A DNA stretch of 31,116 nucleotides from Clostridia bacterium. Its GTDB lineage: Bacteria; Bacillota; Clostridia; Oscillospirales; CAG-272. A program made the translations under genes and the position numbers. This document shows positions 6,658-14,654 of the stretch, piece after piece. Within the stretch, counting starts at the first letter, position 1, and each line of letters begins with the position of its first letter. The notes below the pieces were generated by a model, which worked only from the letters and a program-made list of their open reading frames with translations, did no database searches and had not been told where the DNA came from. The stretch is from the NCBI GenBank assembly GCA_017379815.1, contig JAFNVK010000129.1, positions 1-31,116 of the forward strand. Direction: 5' to 3'.

Positions 6658-9171
6658 GTGGCATCTTACAACAGTGCAAAGTGCGCCAAAAGTGCGCGAA
6701 TCGAGCGGCTCAAGGAAGAGCTGTTTCGTCAAATGCCTCAGATCGAGGCAGACCGCGCCCTCCTGTTGACGCAAAGCTATATGGCCACCGAGGGAGAGCC
6801 GATCGTTACCCGACGCGCCAAGGCGTTCAAGAATATTCTGGAGAATATTCCGGTCACGATCCGTCCCGACGAGCTGATCGTGGGATCAGCCACCGTTGCT
6901 CCCCGCAGCTGCCAGGTCTTTCCCGAGTTCTCCTTCTCTTGGCTTGAGGATGAGTTCGATACCGTGGAGACCCGCTCGGCCGACCCCTTCCACATCTCGG
7001 AGCAGACCAAGAAGACCCTCCGCACGGTGTATCAATACTGGAAGGGCAAGACCACGAGCGAGCTGGCAACCTCGCTGATGGCGCCCGAGACCCTCAAGGC
7101 GATGGAGCATAACGTCTTTACGCCGGGTAACTACTTCTACAACGGTGTCGGTCACGTGACCGTGCAGTACGATAAGGTCCTTGCCATCGGCTACCGCGGA
7201 ATCCTTGAGGAGGCCAGAGCAGAGAAGAGCCGCATGAGCTTTGGAGACGCAGACTACTGCTCCAAGGCGGCGCTTCTTGACGGCATCATCATGAGCTGCG
7301 AGGCCGTGATCACCTACGCGCGCCGCTATTCCGAGCTGGCTCGCCAAATGGCGGACGGCGAAAAGGATCCTGCGCGCCGCCGGGAGCTTTTGCAGATCGC
7401 CGAGAACTGCGCACGCGTTCCCGAGCAGGGTGCTACGAGCTTCTGGGAGGCCTGCCAGAGCTTCTGGTTCGTCCAGATGCTTCTGCAGATCGAGTCGAGC
7501 GGACATTCCATCTCGCCCGGACGCTTTGACCAGTACATGTATCCCTATTACAAGGCAGACATTGACCGCGGTGTCATCACGCGCGACTTTGCGCAGGAGC
7601 TGATGGATTGCATCTGGGTCAAGTTCAACGATCTGAACAAGTGCCGCGATGCGGCCTCTGCCGAGGGCTTTGCCGGATATTCGCTTTTCCAGAACCTGAT
7701 CGCAGGCGGTCAGGATATCCACGGCGAGGATGCGACCAACGATCTCTCCTTCATGTGCATCGATGCCACCATGCACGTCCTGCTTCCCGCGCCCTCCTTC
7801 TCGGTGCGCGTGTGGAACTGCACGCCGCATGAATTTCTGATCCGCGCGGCAGAGCTTACGCGGACGGGCGTTGGCCTTCCCGCCTACTACAACGACGAGG
7901 TCATCATTCCCTCGCTCATGTCCCGCGGACTGACGCTTGAGGATGCCCGCGACTATAACATCATCGGATGCGTGGAGCCGCAAAAGGCAGGCAAGACCTG
8001 GGGCTGGCACGACGCCGCCTTCTTCAATATGCTCAAGCCCATGGAGATGGTCTTCTCCAACGGCGTGCTGGAGGGTGAGCAGGTCGGTCTTCGCACGGGC
8101 GAGCTTCCCGAGCTTCGCACCTTCGAGCTTTTCCTTGACGCCTACAAGGCGCAGATGAATTACATGATCTCGCTGCTCGTCAACGCCGATAACGCTATCG
8201 ACGAGGCGCACGCCATCCGTTGCCCGCTGCCTTATCTTTCCTCCATGGTGGAGGATTGCATCCGCCGCGGCAAGACCCCCGAGCAGGGCGGTGCGGTATA
8301 TAACTTCACCGGTCCGCAGGGCTTCGGCATTGCCAACGTAGCCGACGCGCTTTACGCGATCCGCACGCTGGTCTACGAGCAGAAGAAGCTCACGCTTTGC
8401 CAGCTCAAGGAGGCCATGGCCAACAACTTTGGCAAGAGCGACGGCGCGGACGCCGAGGAGCTGACCCGCCGCATCGCGCTGGAGCTTTCCAAGAACGGCC
8501 TTCCCGTGGATGCCGGCGTGGTGGAGGAGATCTACCGCACGGTCAAGGATCGCCGGGCCGATTCGCGCTACGATGAGATCCGCGAGATGATCCTTGATCT
8601 GCCCAAGTTTGGCAACGATCTTCACGAGGTGGACGCCCTGGCAAGAGAGGCGGCCTACACCTATACCAAGCCCCTTCTGCAATACCGCAATCCGCGCGGC
8701 GGACAGTTCCAGGCGGGACTCTATCCCGTGTCGGCAAACGTTCCGCTCGGCGCACAGACGGGCGCAACCCCTGACGGCCGCTATGCCGGAACCCCCGTGG
8801 CCGACGGCGTTTCTCCCAGCGCGGGACGCGACGTCAACGGTCCTACCTCGGCGGCAAACTCGGTATCCGTTCTGGATCACGGAATTGCCTCCAACGGAAC
8901 GCTCTTTAATATGAAGTTCCACCCCAGCGCGCTTGCGGGCGACGCGGGCCTTGAGAACTTCGTGGCATTGGTGCAGACCTACTTTGAAAAGAAGGGAAGC
9001 CATATGCAGTTCAACGTGGTCAGCCGCGAGACCCTGCGCGATGCGCAGAAGAATCCCGATAAGTACCGCAGCCTCGTGGTGCGCGTTGCGGGATACAGCG
9101 CGCTCTTTACCACGCTTTCCAAGTCCCTGCAGGACGATATTATCAACCGAACCGAGCAAACGGCGTTCTGA
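6658..9171 (+). CDS. Glycyl radical enzyme, B12-independent 1,2-propanediol dehydratase
   Basis: IIGCVEP (Cys438, Glu440 counting from GTG 6658), RVAGYS (Gly812), GVGH (His166), SGHS, SLFQN (Phe344), WHD and LYPVS (Val691). SD aaggatgtga favours GTG 6658; GTG 6649 is an alternative start. Confidence 0.85.
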   Translation: MASYNSAKCAKSARIERLKEELFRQMPQIEADRALLLTQSYMATEGEPIVTRRAKAFKNILENIPVTIRPDELIVGSATVAPRSCQVFPEFSFSWLEDEFDTVETRSADPFHISEQTKKTLRTVYQYWKGKTTSELATSLMAPETLKAMEHNVFTPGNYFYNGVGHVTVQYDKVLAIGYRGILEEARAEKSRMSFGDADYCSKAALLDGIIMSCEAVITYARRYSELARQMADGEKDPARRRELLQIAENCARVPEQGATSFWEACQSFWFVQMLLQIESSGHSISPGRFDQYMYPYYKADIDRGVITRDFAQELMDCIWVKFNDLNKCRDAASAEGFAGYSLFQNLIAGGQDIHGEDATNDLSFMCIDATMHVLLPAPSFSVRVWNCTPHEFLIRAAELTRTGVGLPAYYNDEVIIPSLMSRGLTLEDARDYNIIGCVEPQKAGKTWGWHDAAFFNMLKPMEMVFSNGVLEGEQVGLRTGELPELRTFELFLDAYKAQMNYMISLLVNADNAIDEAHAIRCPLPYLSSMVEDCIRRGKTPEQGGAVYNFTGPQGFGIANVADALYAIRTLVYEQKKLTLCQLKEAMANNFGKSDGADAEELTRRIALELSKNGLPVDAGVVEEIYRTVKDRRADSRYDEIREMILDLPKFGNDLHEVDALAREAAYTYTKPLLQYRNPRGGQFQAGLYPVSANVPLGAQTGATPDGRYAGTPVADGVSPSAGRDVNGPTSAANSVSVLDHGIASNGTLFNMKFHPSALAGDAGLENFVALVQTYFEKKGSHMQFNVVSRETLRDAQKNPDKYRSLVVRVAGYSALFTTLSKSLQDDIINRTEQTAF

Positions 9172-9210
9172 TCATAACGCAGGCTCGGCAAGGAGAAAGG
9201 TCGATGCTTT

Positions 9211-9999
9211 ATGGAAAACAATCGCGTCGTGGGAAGGATCTTTGATATCCAGAAATTCTCCACGCACGACGGACCGGGTATTCGCACGGTGGTCTTTCTC
9301 AAGGGCTGTATCCTGAGATGCCGCTGGTGCTGCAACCCCGAGTCTCAGAGCTACCGCATTCAGGAGCTCAAGACCGAAAAAAAGAATAAAGTAGTCGGCT
9401 ACGATACCACGGTCGGCGAGGTCATGCAAAAGGTGATGCAGGATATGCCTTATTACCGCAGAAGCGGCGGAGGAATGACTCTGTCGGGCGGCGAGGCGCT
9501 TTGCCAGACCGAATTTGCCAACGCCCTTCTTAAGGAGGCCAAGGCGCAGGGCATCAACACGGCGGTGGAGACCACGGCCTGCCTCCCCTTTGAGAGCATG
9601 ATCGCTCCGCATCTTCCTTATCTGGACACGGTGCTGATGGATATTAAGCACACCGACTCCGAAAAGCACGAGCGCTTTACCACCATGCGCAACGAGCTGA
9701 TCCTCGACAATGCCAGAAGGATCGCCGAGAGCGGATGCCGTCTGATCATTCGCGTGCCCACCATTCCCACCTTCAACGATACGCCCGAGGAGATCCGCAG
9801 CATCGCACGCTTTGCCGCGTCACTTCCGGGAGTTGAGGAGATCCACCTTTTGCCCTATCACCGTCTTGGCTACGATAAGTATATCGGCCTTGGACGGGAA
9901 TACACCATGGGCGACGTCCCGCCTCCGACCAAGGAAAAGATGGAGGAGCTTCGCCTCGTGGCGGAGCGAGAGGGCCTGCGCGCCATTCTCGGCGGTTGA
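9211..9999 (+). CDS. Glycyl-radical enzyme activating protein (radical SAM), short form
   Basis: HDGPGIRTVVFLKGCILRCRWCCNPES (CxxxCxxC), GGMTLSGGE, LLPYH; no extra ferredoxin insert. Confidence 0.93.
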   Translation: MENNRVVGRIFDIQKFSTHDGPGIRTVVFLKGCILRCRWCCNPESQSYRIQELKTEKKNKVVGYDTTVGEVMQKVMQDMPYYRRSGGGMTLSGGEALCQTEFANALLKEAKAQGINTAVETTACLPFESMIAPHLPYLDTVLMDIKHTDSEKHERFTTMRNELILDNARRIAESGCRLIIRVPTIPTFNDTPEEIRSIARFAASLPGVEEIHLLPYHRLGYDKYIGLGREYTMGDVPPPTKEKMEELRLVAEREGLRAILGG

Positions 10000-10031
10000 C
10001 CGCCATATAAAATCGGAAGGGAAGTGAAGCC

Positions 10032-10400
10032 TTGAACGATATTTACGAAAACAAGCAGAGGATCATCCAGGAGCTTGTTCCCGGCAAGCAGATCACGCTG
10101 GCGCACATTATCGCCAATCCGGATACTACGCTTTACCGCAAGCTGGGGCTTGATCCCACGGTCGATTATTCGCACAAGTCCGCCATCGGTATCGTGACCA
10201 TGTCGCCGAGCGAATACGCCATCATCGCCGCGGATCTTTCTCTGAAGGCCGCAGGTGCCGAGGTCGGATTCGTGGACCGCTTTTCGGGCACGCTCATCGT
10301 GGTCGGAAGCGTCTCCGAGGTAGAGGCTGCGCTCGACGCGGTTACCTCCTATGCCAAGGAGAAGCTCGGCTTCAACGTTTGCGAGATCACCAAGACCTGA
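10032..10400 (+). CDS. pduU: Circularly permuted BMC shell protein, PduU/EutS type
   Basis: QRIIQELVPGKQITLAHII, AIGIVTMSPSE, GFVDRFSGTL; TTG start. Confidence 0.9.
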   Translation: MNDIYENKQRIIQELVPGKQITLAHIIANPDTTLYRKLGLDPTVDYSHKSAIGIVTMSPSEYAIIAADLSLKAAGAEVGFVDRFSGTLIVVGSVSEVEAALDAVTSYAKEKLGFNVCEITKT

Positions 10401-10410
10401 TGACGGCAAG

Positions 10411-10833
10411 ATGAAGCGAATTATCTTCATGGGTCAGCACGGGAGCGGAAAGACCACGCTGATCGAGGTGCTCAAGGGCGAGAAGATCGAATACCGCAAG
10501 ACGCAGTATATCGACTACGGCGAGATTTTTATGGATACGCCGGGCGAGTACACCGAGGCAAACGATCTCGGTGGCGCTCTGGCCGTCTATTCCTACGAGG
10601 CCGACGTCGTTGGGCTCGTGCTTTCAGCCACCGACGATTTTTGCGTTTTTCCTCCCGCCTGCGCCCCCATCGCCAACCGACCGGTCATCGGGATCGTCAC
10701 CAAATGCGACGAGCCGAACGCCCGTCCGGACCTGGCCGAGATGCGTCTGGAGCTTTGCGGCTGCGAGCGGATCTTCCACACCTCGAGCTATTCCAACGAC
10801 GGAATCGCCGAGCTTTTGGACTATTTGCAATGA
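10411..10833 (+). CDS. pduV: EutP/PduV family small GTPase-like protein
   Basis: GQHGSGKTT, YRKTQ, DTPGEY, TKCD; follows pduU as in pdu/eut loci. Confidence 0.9.
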   Translation: MKRIIFMGQHGSGKTTLIEVLKGEKIEYRKTQYIDYGEIFMDTPGEYTEANDLGGALAVYSYEADVVGLVLSATDDFCVFPPACAPIANRPVIGIVTKCDEPNARPDLAEMRLELCGCERIFHTSSYSNDGIAELLDYLQ

Positions 10834-10881
10834 ACGCCTGTCAAAAAAGCCTTCAAACCCACATTTTTGTGTCAAAAGTCC

Positions 10882-10906
10882 TCAAAAACCACAAAAAACA
10901 AAATTT
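10882..10906. promoter_or_regulatory. Candidate operator A (copy 2) upstream of the aldolase promoter
   Basis: tcaaaaaccacaaaaaacaaaattt matches 6505-6529 at 23 of 25 positions. Confidence 0.6.
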
Positions 10907-10915
10907 TAAGAAAAA

Positions 10916-10930
10916 AGAAACCACAAAATT
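10916..10930. promoter_or_regulatory. Candidate operator B (copy 2)
   Basis: agaaaccacaaaatt matches the reverse complement of 6561-6575 at 14 of 15 positions. Confidence 0.55.
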
Positions 10931-10941
10931 CCAAAAAACGC

Positions 10942-10970
10942 TTGACAAAATCCAACAAAAATGATATAAT
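10942..10970 (+). promoter_or_regulatory. Sigma-A promoter P2 of the BMC locus (extended -10)
   Basis: TTGACA (10942-10947), 17 nt, TGaTATAAT (10962-10970). Confidence 0.92.
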
Positions 10971-11033
10971 GATGGCGTAAAAAGCTATCCCTATATAGTT
11001 TCACTTTGTAATTCTGAAAAGGAGATAAAGAAA

Positions 11034-11849
11034 ATGTCTGAGTACGAAATCAAAAAACAAATTTGTGAGATCGGAAAGCGGATCTACAACAAGGGAATGG
11101 TCGCCTCCAATGACGGCAACATCTCCGTCAAGCTCAACGATCGTGAGTTCCTTTGCACGCCTACCGGTGTATCCAAGGGCTTCATGACCCCCGAGTACAT
11201 CTGTAAGGTTGACGCTGAGGGAAAGGTGATCCAGGCAAACCCGGGCTTCAGACCTTCCTCCGAAATCAAGATGCACATGAGAGTCTACAAGGAGAGACCC
11301 GACGTCAAGAGCGTCGTTCACGCGCATCCTCTCTATGCAACCAGCTTTGCTATTGCCGGCATTCCGCTCACCGAGCCGATCATGCCCGAGGCAGTTATCG
11401 CACTGGGCTGCGTTCCGATCGCCGAGTACGGCACTCCCTCCACCGAGGAGATCCCGGATGCCGTTTCCAAGTACCTGCAGCATTTTGACGCCGTCCTTCT
11501 GGCAAACCACGGTGCGCTCTCCTTCTCGGATAGCCTGCTCAACGCTTACCACAAGATGGAGTCGGTTGAGTTCTACGCACAGCTGCTTTACCAGGCAAAG
11601 GTCCTTGGCGGTCCTCAGCAGCTTTCTAACGCACAGGTACAGAGACTGTACGAGATCCGCCGTCAGTTTGGTCTGAAGGGCAAGCATCCCGCTGACATCT
11701 GCCCCAACGCCAAGGCCGGCAAGCCCAGCTGCCACACCTGCGGAATTCACACCGGTGAGTTCAAGGGCGACGTCGCTACGGGCGGCTGCTCGGATGCCGA
11801 TCTGATCGCCGAGATCACCAAGAAGGTTCTTGCTTCTCTGGGCAAGTAA
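11034..11849 (+). CDS. fucA: Class II aldolase, L-fuculose-1-phosphate aldolase-like, with C-terminal encapsulation peptide
   Basis: DGNISV, PSSEIKMH, VVHAHP, LLANHG (Zn-binding His and catalytic Glu); tail DADLIAEITKKVLASL. Fuculose versus rhamnulose specificity is not proven. Confidence 0.8.
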   Translation: MSEYEIKKQICEIGKRIYNKGMVASNDGNISVKLNDREFLCTPTGVSKGFMTPEYICKVDAEGKVIQANPGFRPSSEIKMHMRVYKERPDVKSVVHAHPLYATSFAIAGIPLTEPIMPEAVIALGCVPIAEYGTPSTEEIPDAVSKYLQHFDAVLLANHGALSFSDSLLNAYHKMESVEFYAQLLYQAKVLGGPQQLSNAQVQRLYEIRRQFGLKGKHPADICPNAKAGKPSCHTCGIHTGEFKGDVATGGCSDADLIAEITKKVLASLGK

Positions 11850-11864
11850 AGCAAGCACTGACGC

Positions 11865-12374
11865 ATGAGTATCGACGTAGAACGGTTGGTCAAGGATGCC
11901 GTCCGCGAGCTTCGCGAGCAGGAGCAATCCGCCCCGACCCCTACGCAAAAGAAGCCGATCGAGCGCATCTCACTTGAGGATGCCAAGCTCCTGGCCGCAA
12001 GGGTAGAGGAGAAGGCACGCGAGATGGGTGTGCGCGCGGTGGTCGCTATTGCAGACGAGGGGGGCAACCTCAAGCTCTGCGAGTGCATGGACGATTCCTA
12101 CATCGCCAGCCGCGATATTGCGATCAACAAGGCTTATACGTCCGTTGCGCTGAAGATGTCCACCAAAAAGCTGTCGGCGCTGGCCGCTCCCGGGGGCTCG
12201 CTCTACGGGATCCAGCATACCAACGGCGGCAGGATCGTCATTTTCGGCGGCGGAGACACCCTGGAGCTGAGAGGAAGAATTCTCGGTGCCCTCGGGGTAA
12301 GCGGTGGGACGGAGGAGCAGGATACGGCACTTTCGGCCTACGGAAAAAAGGTTTTCGGCGAGTACTTCTCTTAA
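11865..12374 (+). CDS. GlcG/HbpS/PduO-C-terminal-like (heme-binding family) protein with N-terminal encapsulation-peptide-like helix
   Basis: VVAIADEGGNL, IAINKAYTS, IVIFGGG, GALGVSGGTEEQD; N-terminus MSIDVERLVKDAVREL. Confidence 0.82.
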   Translation: MSIDVERLVKDAVRELREQEQSAPTPTQKKPIERISLEDAKLLAARVEEKAREMGVRAVVAIADEGGNLKLCECMDDSYIASRDIAINKAYTSVALKMSTKKLSALAAPGGSLYGIQHTNGGRIVIFGGGDTLELRGRILGALGVSGGTEEQDTALSAYGKKVFGEYFS

Positions 12375-12408
12375 AAAGAGTATTGCGCCGTGAGAAAGGA
12401 ATACAGTT

Positions 12409-13599
12409 ATGACTGAACAGCAAAAGATCGAAGCCATCGTCAAGCAGGTGCTTGCAGGAATGCAGGGAAATGCAACGGTGGCCGCATCGGGACCGTCCAT
12501 TCCCAAGACCTCCCGCGTCGCTATGCTGACCGCAAAGGAGCATTTTGAGATCCAGGAATATCCCATTCCCGAGATCGGCGACGACGACGTTCTGGTGAAG
12601 ATGGAGGGCTGCGGCGTTTGCGGAACCGACGCACACGAGTTCAAGCGTGATCCCTTCGGTCTGATCCCGGTCGTCCTCGGTCACGAGGGTACGGGTGAGA
12701 TCGTGAAGATCGGTAAGAACGTGAAGAAGGACAGCGCAGGCAAGCCTCTTGGCGTTGGCGACAAGGTCGTCACCTGCATGATCTTCAAGGACAATCCCGA
12801 TATTACCATGTTCGACCTGAACAAGCAGAACGTTGGAGGAGCAGACGTTTACGGCCTTCTTCCCGACGACGATACGCACCTCAACGGCTGGTACGCTGAT
12901 TATATCGTGGTCCGCAAGGGCTCGACCATCTTCAACGTCAGCCACCTGGATCTCGATTCGAGAATCCTCATCGAGCCGGCAGCGGTCCTGATCCACGCCG
13001 TGGAGAGAGCCAAGACCACCAACATCCTGCGCTTCAACTCCAGAGTCGTCGTGCAGGGCTGCGGACCGATCGGTCTGCTCTGCATCGCCGTGCTTCGCAC
13101 GATGGGCATTGAGAACATCACCGCCGTGGACGGCAACGAGCAGAGATTGGATTTCGCCAAGCAGATGGGTGCTACGGCAACCGTCAACTTCACCCAGCAC
13201 AAGGGCATTGAGGCTCTGGCAGGTGCGGTTGAGGCGTCCTTTGGCGGTTATCTTGCCGACTTTGCCTTCCAGTGCACCGGTTCTCCCGTGGCACACGCCA
13301 ACATTTACAAGTTCATTCGCAACGGCGGCGGCCTTTGCGAGCTTGGCTTCTTCATCAACGGCGGCGACGCCACCATCAATCCGCACTTTGACCTGTGCGC
13401 CAAGGAGATCACGCTGGTCGGCTCTTGGGTCTACACCCTGCGCGACTATGCAACCACCTTTGATTTCCTCAAGCGTGCAAAGGCGATCGGACTTCCCCTG
13501 GAGAAGCTCATTACCCACAAGTTCCACCTGGCAGATGCCAACGAGGCTCTGCAGACCAACCTGCGTCAGGACGGTCTGAAGATCGCGATCATCCCGTGA
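12409..13599 (+). CDS. Zn-dependent medium-chain (polyol-type) dehydrogenase with N-terminal encapsulation peptide
   Basis: GVCGTD, GHEGTG, IEPAAV, Rossmann GCGPIG; N-terminus QKIEAIVKQVLAGM. Confidence 0.9.
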   Translation: MTEQQKIEAIVKQVLAGMQGNATVAASGPSIPKTSRVAMLTAKEHFEIQEYPIPEIGDDDVLVKMEGCGVCGTDAHEFKRDPFGLIPVVLGHEGTGEIVKIGKNVKKDSAGKPLGVGDKVVTCMIFKDNPDITMFDLNKQNVGGADVYGLLPDDDTHLNGWYADYIVVRKGSTIFNVSHLDLDSRILIEPAAVLIHAVERAKTTNILRFNSRVVVQGCGPIGLLCIAVLRTMGIENITAVDGNEQRLDFAKQMGATATVNFTQHKGIEALAGAVEASFGGYLADFAFQCTGSPVAHANIYKFIRNGGGLCELGFFINGGDATINPHFDLCAKEITLVGSWVYTLRDYATTFDFLKRAKAIGLPLEKLITHKFHLADANEALQTNLRQDGLKIAIIP

Positions 13600-13625
13600 T
13601 CGGGTAGGGAAAGGATTTTCGGATT

Positions 13626-13940
13626 ATGGCAAACGCAGTCGGAATGATCGAGGTCTACGGTCTGGTTGCGGCATTCGCGGCCTGTGATGCGGGCTGCAAG
13701 GCAGCAAACGTTACCGTCGAGCCCTTCGACAAGAATAAGCCGGCCAACCCGGACGGACTTCCCGTTCCGCTCCAGGTTCTGGTCAAGTTCCGCGGAAGCG
13801 TGGAGAACGTAACGGCAGCCGTTGCCGCGGCAGAGATCGCGGTCAACGAGATCTCGGGTGTGGTCACCAAGCATATCATCGCGGCCATGGACGATGGCTC
13901 GGAGAAGATGCTCAAGCTGAACGCATTCGATAAGAAATGA
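13626..13940 (+). CDS. Divergent BMC-H shell protein with extended pore-loop insertion
   Basis: AVGMIEVYGLVAAFAACDAGCKAANV ... KFRGSVENVTAAV; insertion DKNKPANPDGLPVP. Confidence 0.85.
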   Translation: MANAVGMIEVYGLVAAFAACDAGCKAANVTVEPFDKNKPANPDGLPVPLQVLVKFRGSVENVTAAVAAAEIAVNEISGVVTKHIIAAMDDGSEKMLKLNAFDKK

Positions 13941-14007
13941 TCCCCCGCGGAGAGGCTCCGCAAAAGCATAATTATTTTGTTATTATTTTATTTGGAGGTA
14001 TAAAACA

Positions 14008-14286
14008 ATGGCACAGGAAGCTCTTGGAATGATCGAGACGAGAGGTCTGACCGCAGCAATCGAGGCAGCAGACGCAATGGTAAAGGCAGCAGAGGTAACT
14101 CTGATCGGAACGGAGAAGATCGGTTCCGGCCTGGTATCCGTTATGGTTCGCGGCGACGTTGGTGCAGTTAAGGCAGCTGTTGAGGCAGGCACCGCAACCG
14201 CTTGCAGACTCGGCGAGGTCATCGCAACGCACGTCATCCCCAGACCCCACAGCGACGTTGAGCAGATTCTCCCCAAGCTCAACTAA
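14008..14286 (+). CDS. Canonical BMC-H shell protein (PduA/EutM-like)
   Basis: [40 protein letters not shown]; strong RBS ggagg. Confidence 0.97.
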   Translation: MAQEALGMIETRGLTAAIEAADAMVKAAEVTLIGTEKIGSGLVSVMVRGDVGAVKAAVEAGTATACRLGEVIATHVIPRPHSDVEQILPKLN

Positions 14287-14321
14287 ATCCCATTTTTGGA
14301 GAAACAACAGGTTAAACGGTT

Positions 14322-14621
14322 ATGAAAGCACTCGGATTTATCGAGGTTTCGGGCGTGGTAGCCGCGGTCGATGCCCTCGACGTCATGTGTAAGGCTTCCG
14401 GAGTGGAGTTTGTCACATGGGAACGCAAGCTCGGAGGGCGCATGGTAACGGTCATCGTTACCGGCTCGGTCTCCGACGTCACCGAGGCGATTGCCTGCGC
14501 CAAGCGCAGTGCAAAGGCGCCGATCATGGCGTCCAACGTGATTCCCAATCCGCATGACGAAACCATTCGCTTGGTGAAGCTCAGCGCATCCCGTCTGCTC
14601 AAGAAGGCAGACAAGGCGTAA
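14322..14621 (+). CDS. Divergent BMC-H shell protein
   Basis: ALGFIEVSG, ALDVMCKA, ERKLGGR, GSVSDV, VIPNPH. Confidence 0.92.
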   Translation: MKALGFIEVSGVVAAVDALDVMCKASGVEFVTWERKLGGRMVTVIVTGSVSDVTEAIACAKRSAKAPIMASNVIPNPHDETIRLVKLSASRLLKKADKA

Positions 14622-14654
14622 GCTACGGCTTACGCAGCATCTAAGGAGGCCGAT

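Noticed and set aside
6649-9171. Possible annotation as pyruvate formate-lyase or choline TMA-lyase
   Set aside because: There is a single Cys in GCVE rather than the PFL Cys-Cys. The residue pattern and the aldolase/PduL context fit propanediol dehydratase.
10834-10960. A-rich repeats as a CRISPR array or microsatellite
   Set aside because: Units are short and degenerate, there is no repeat-spacer periodicity and no cas genes; an operator region explains them better.
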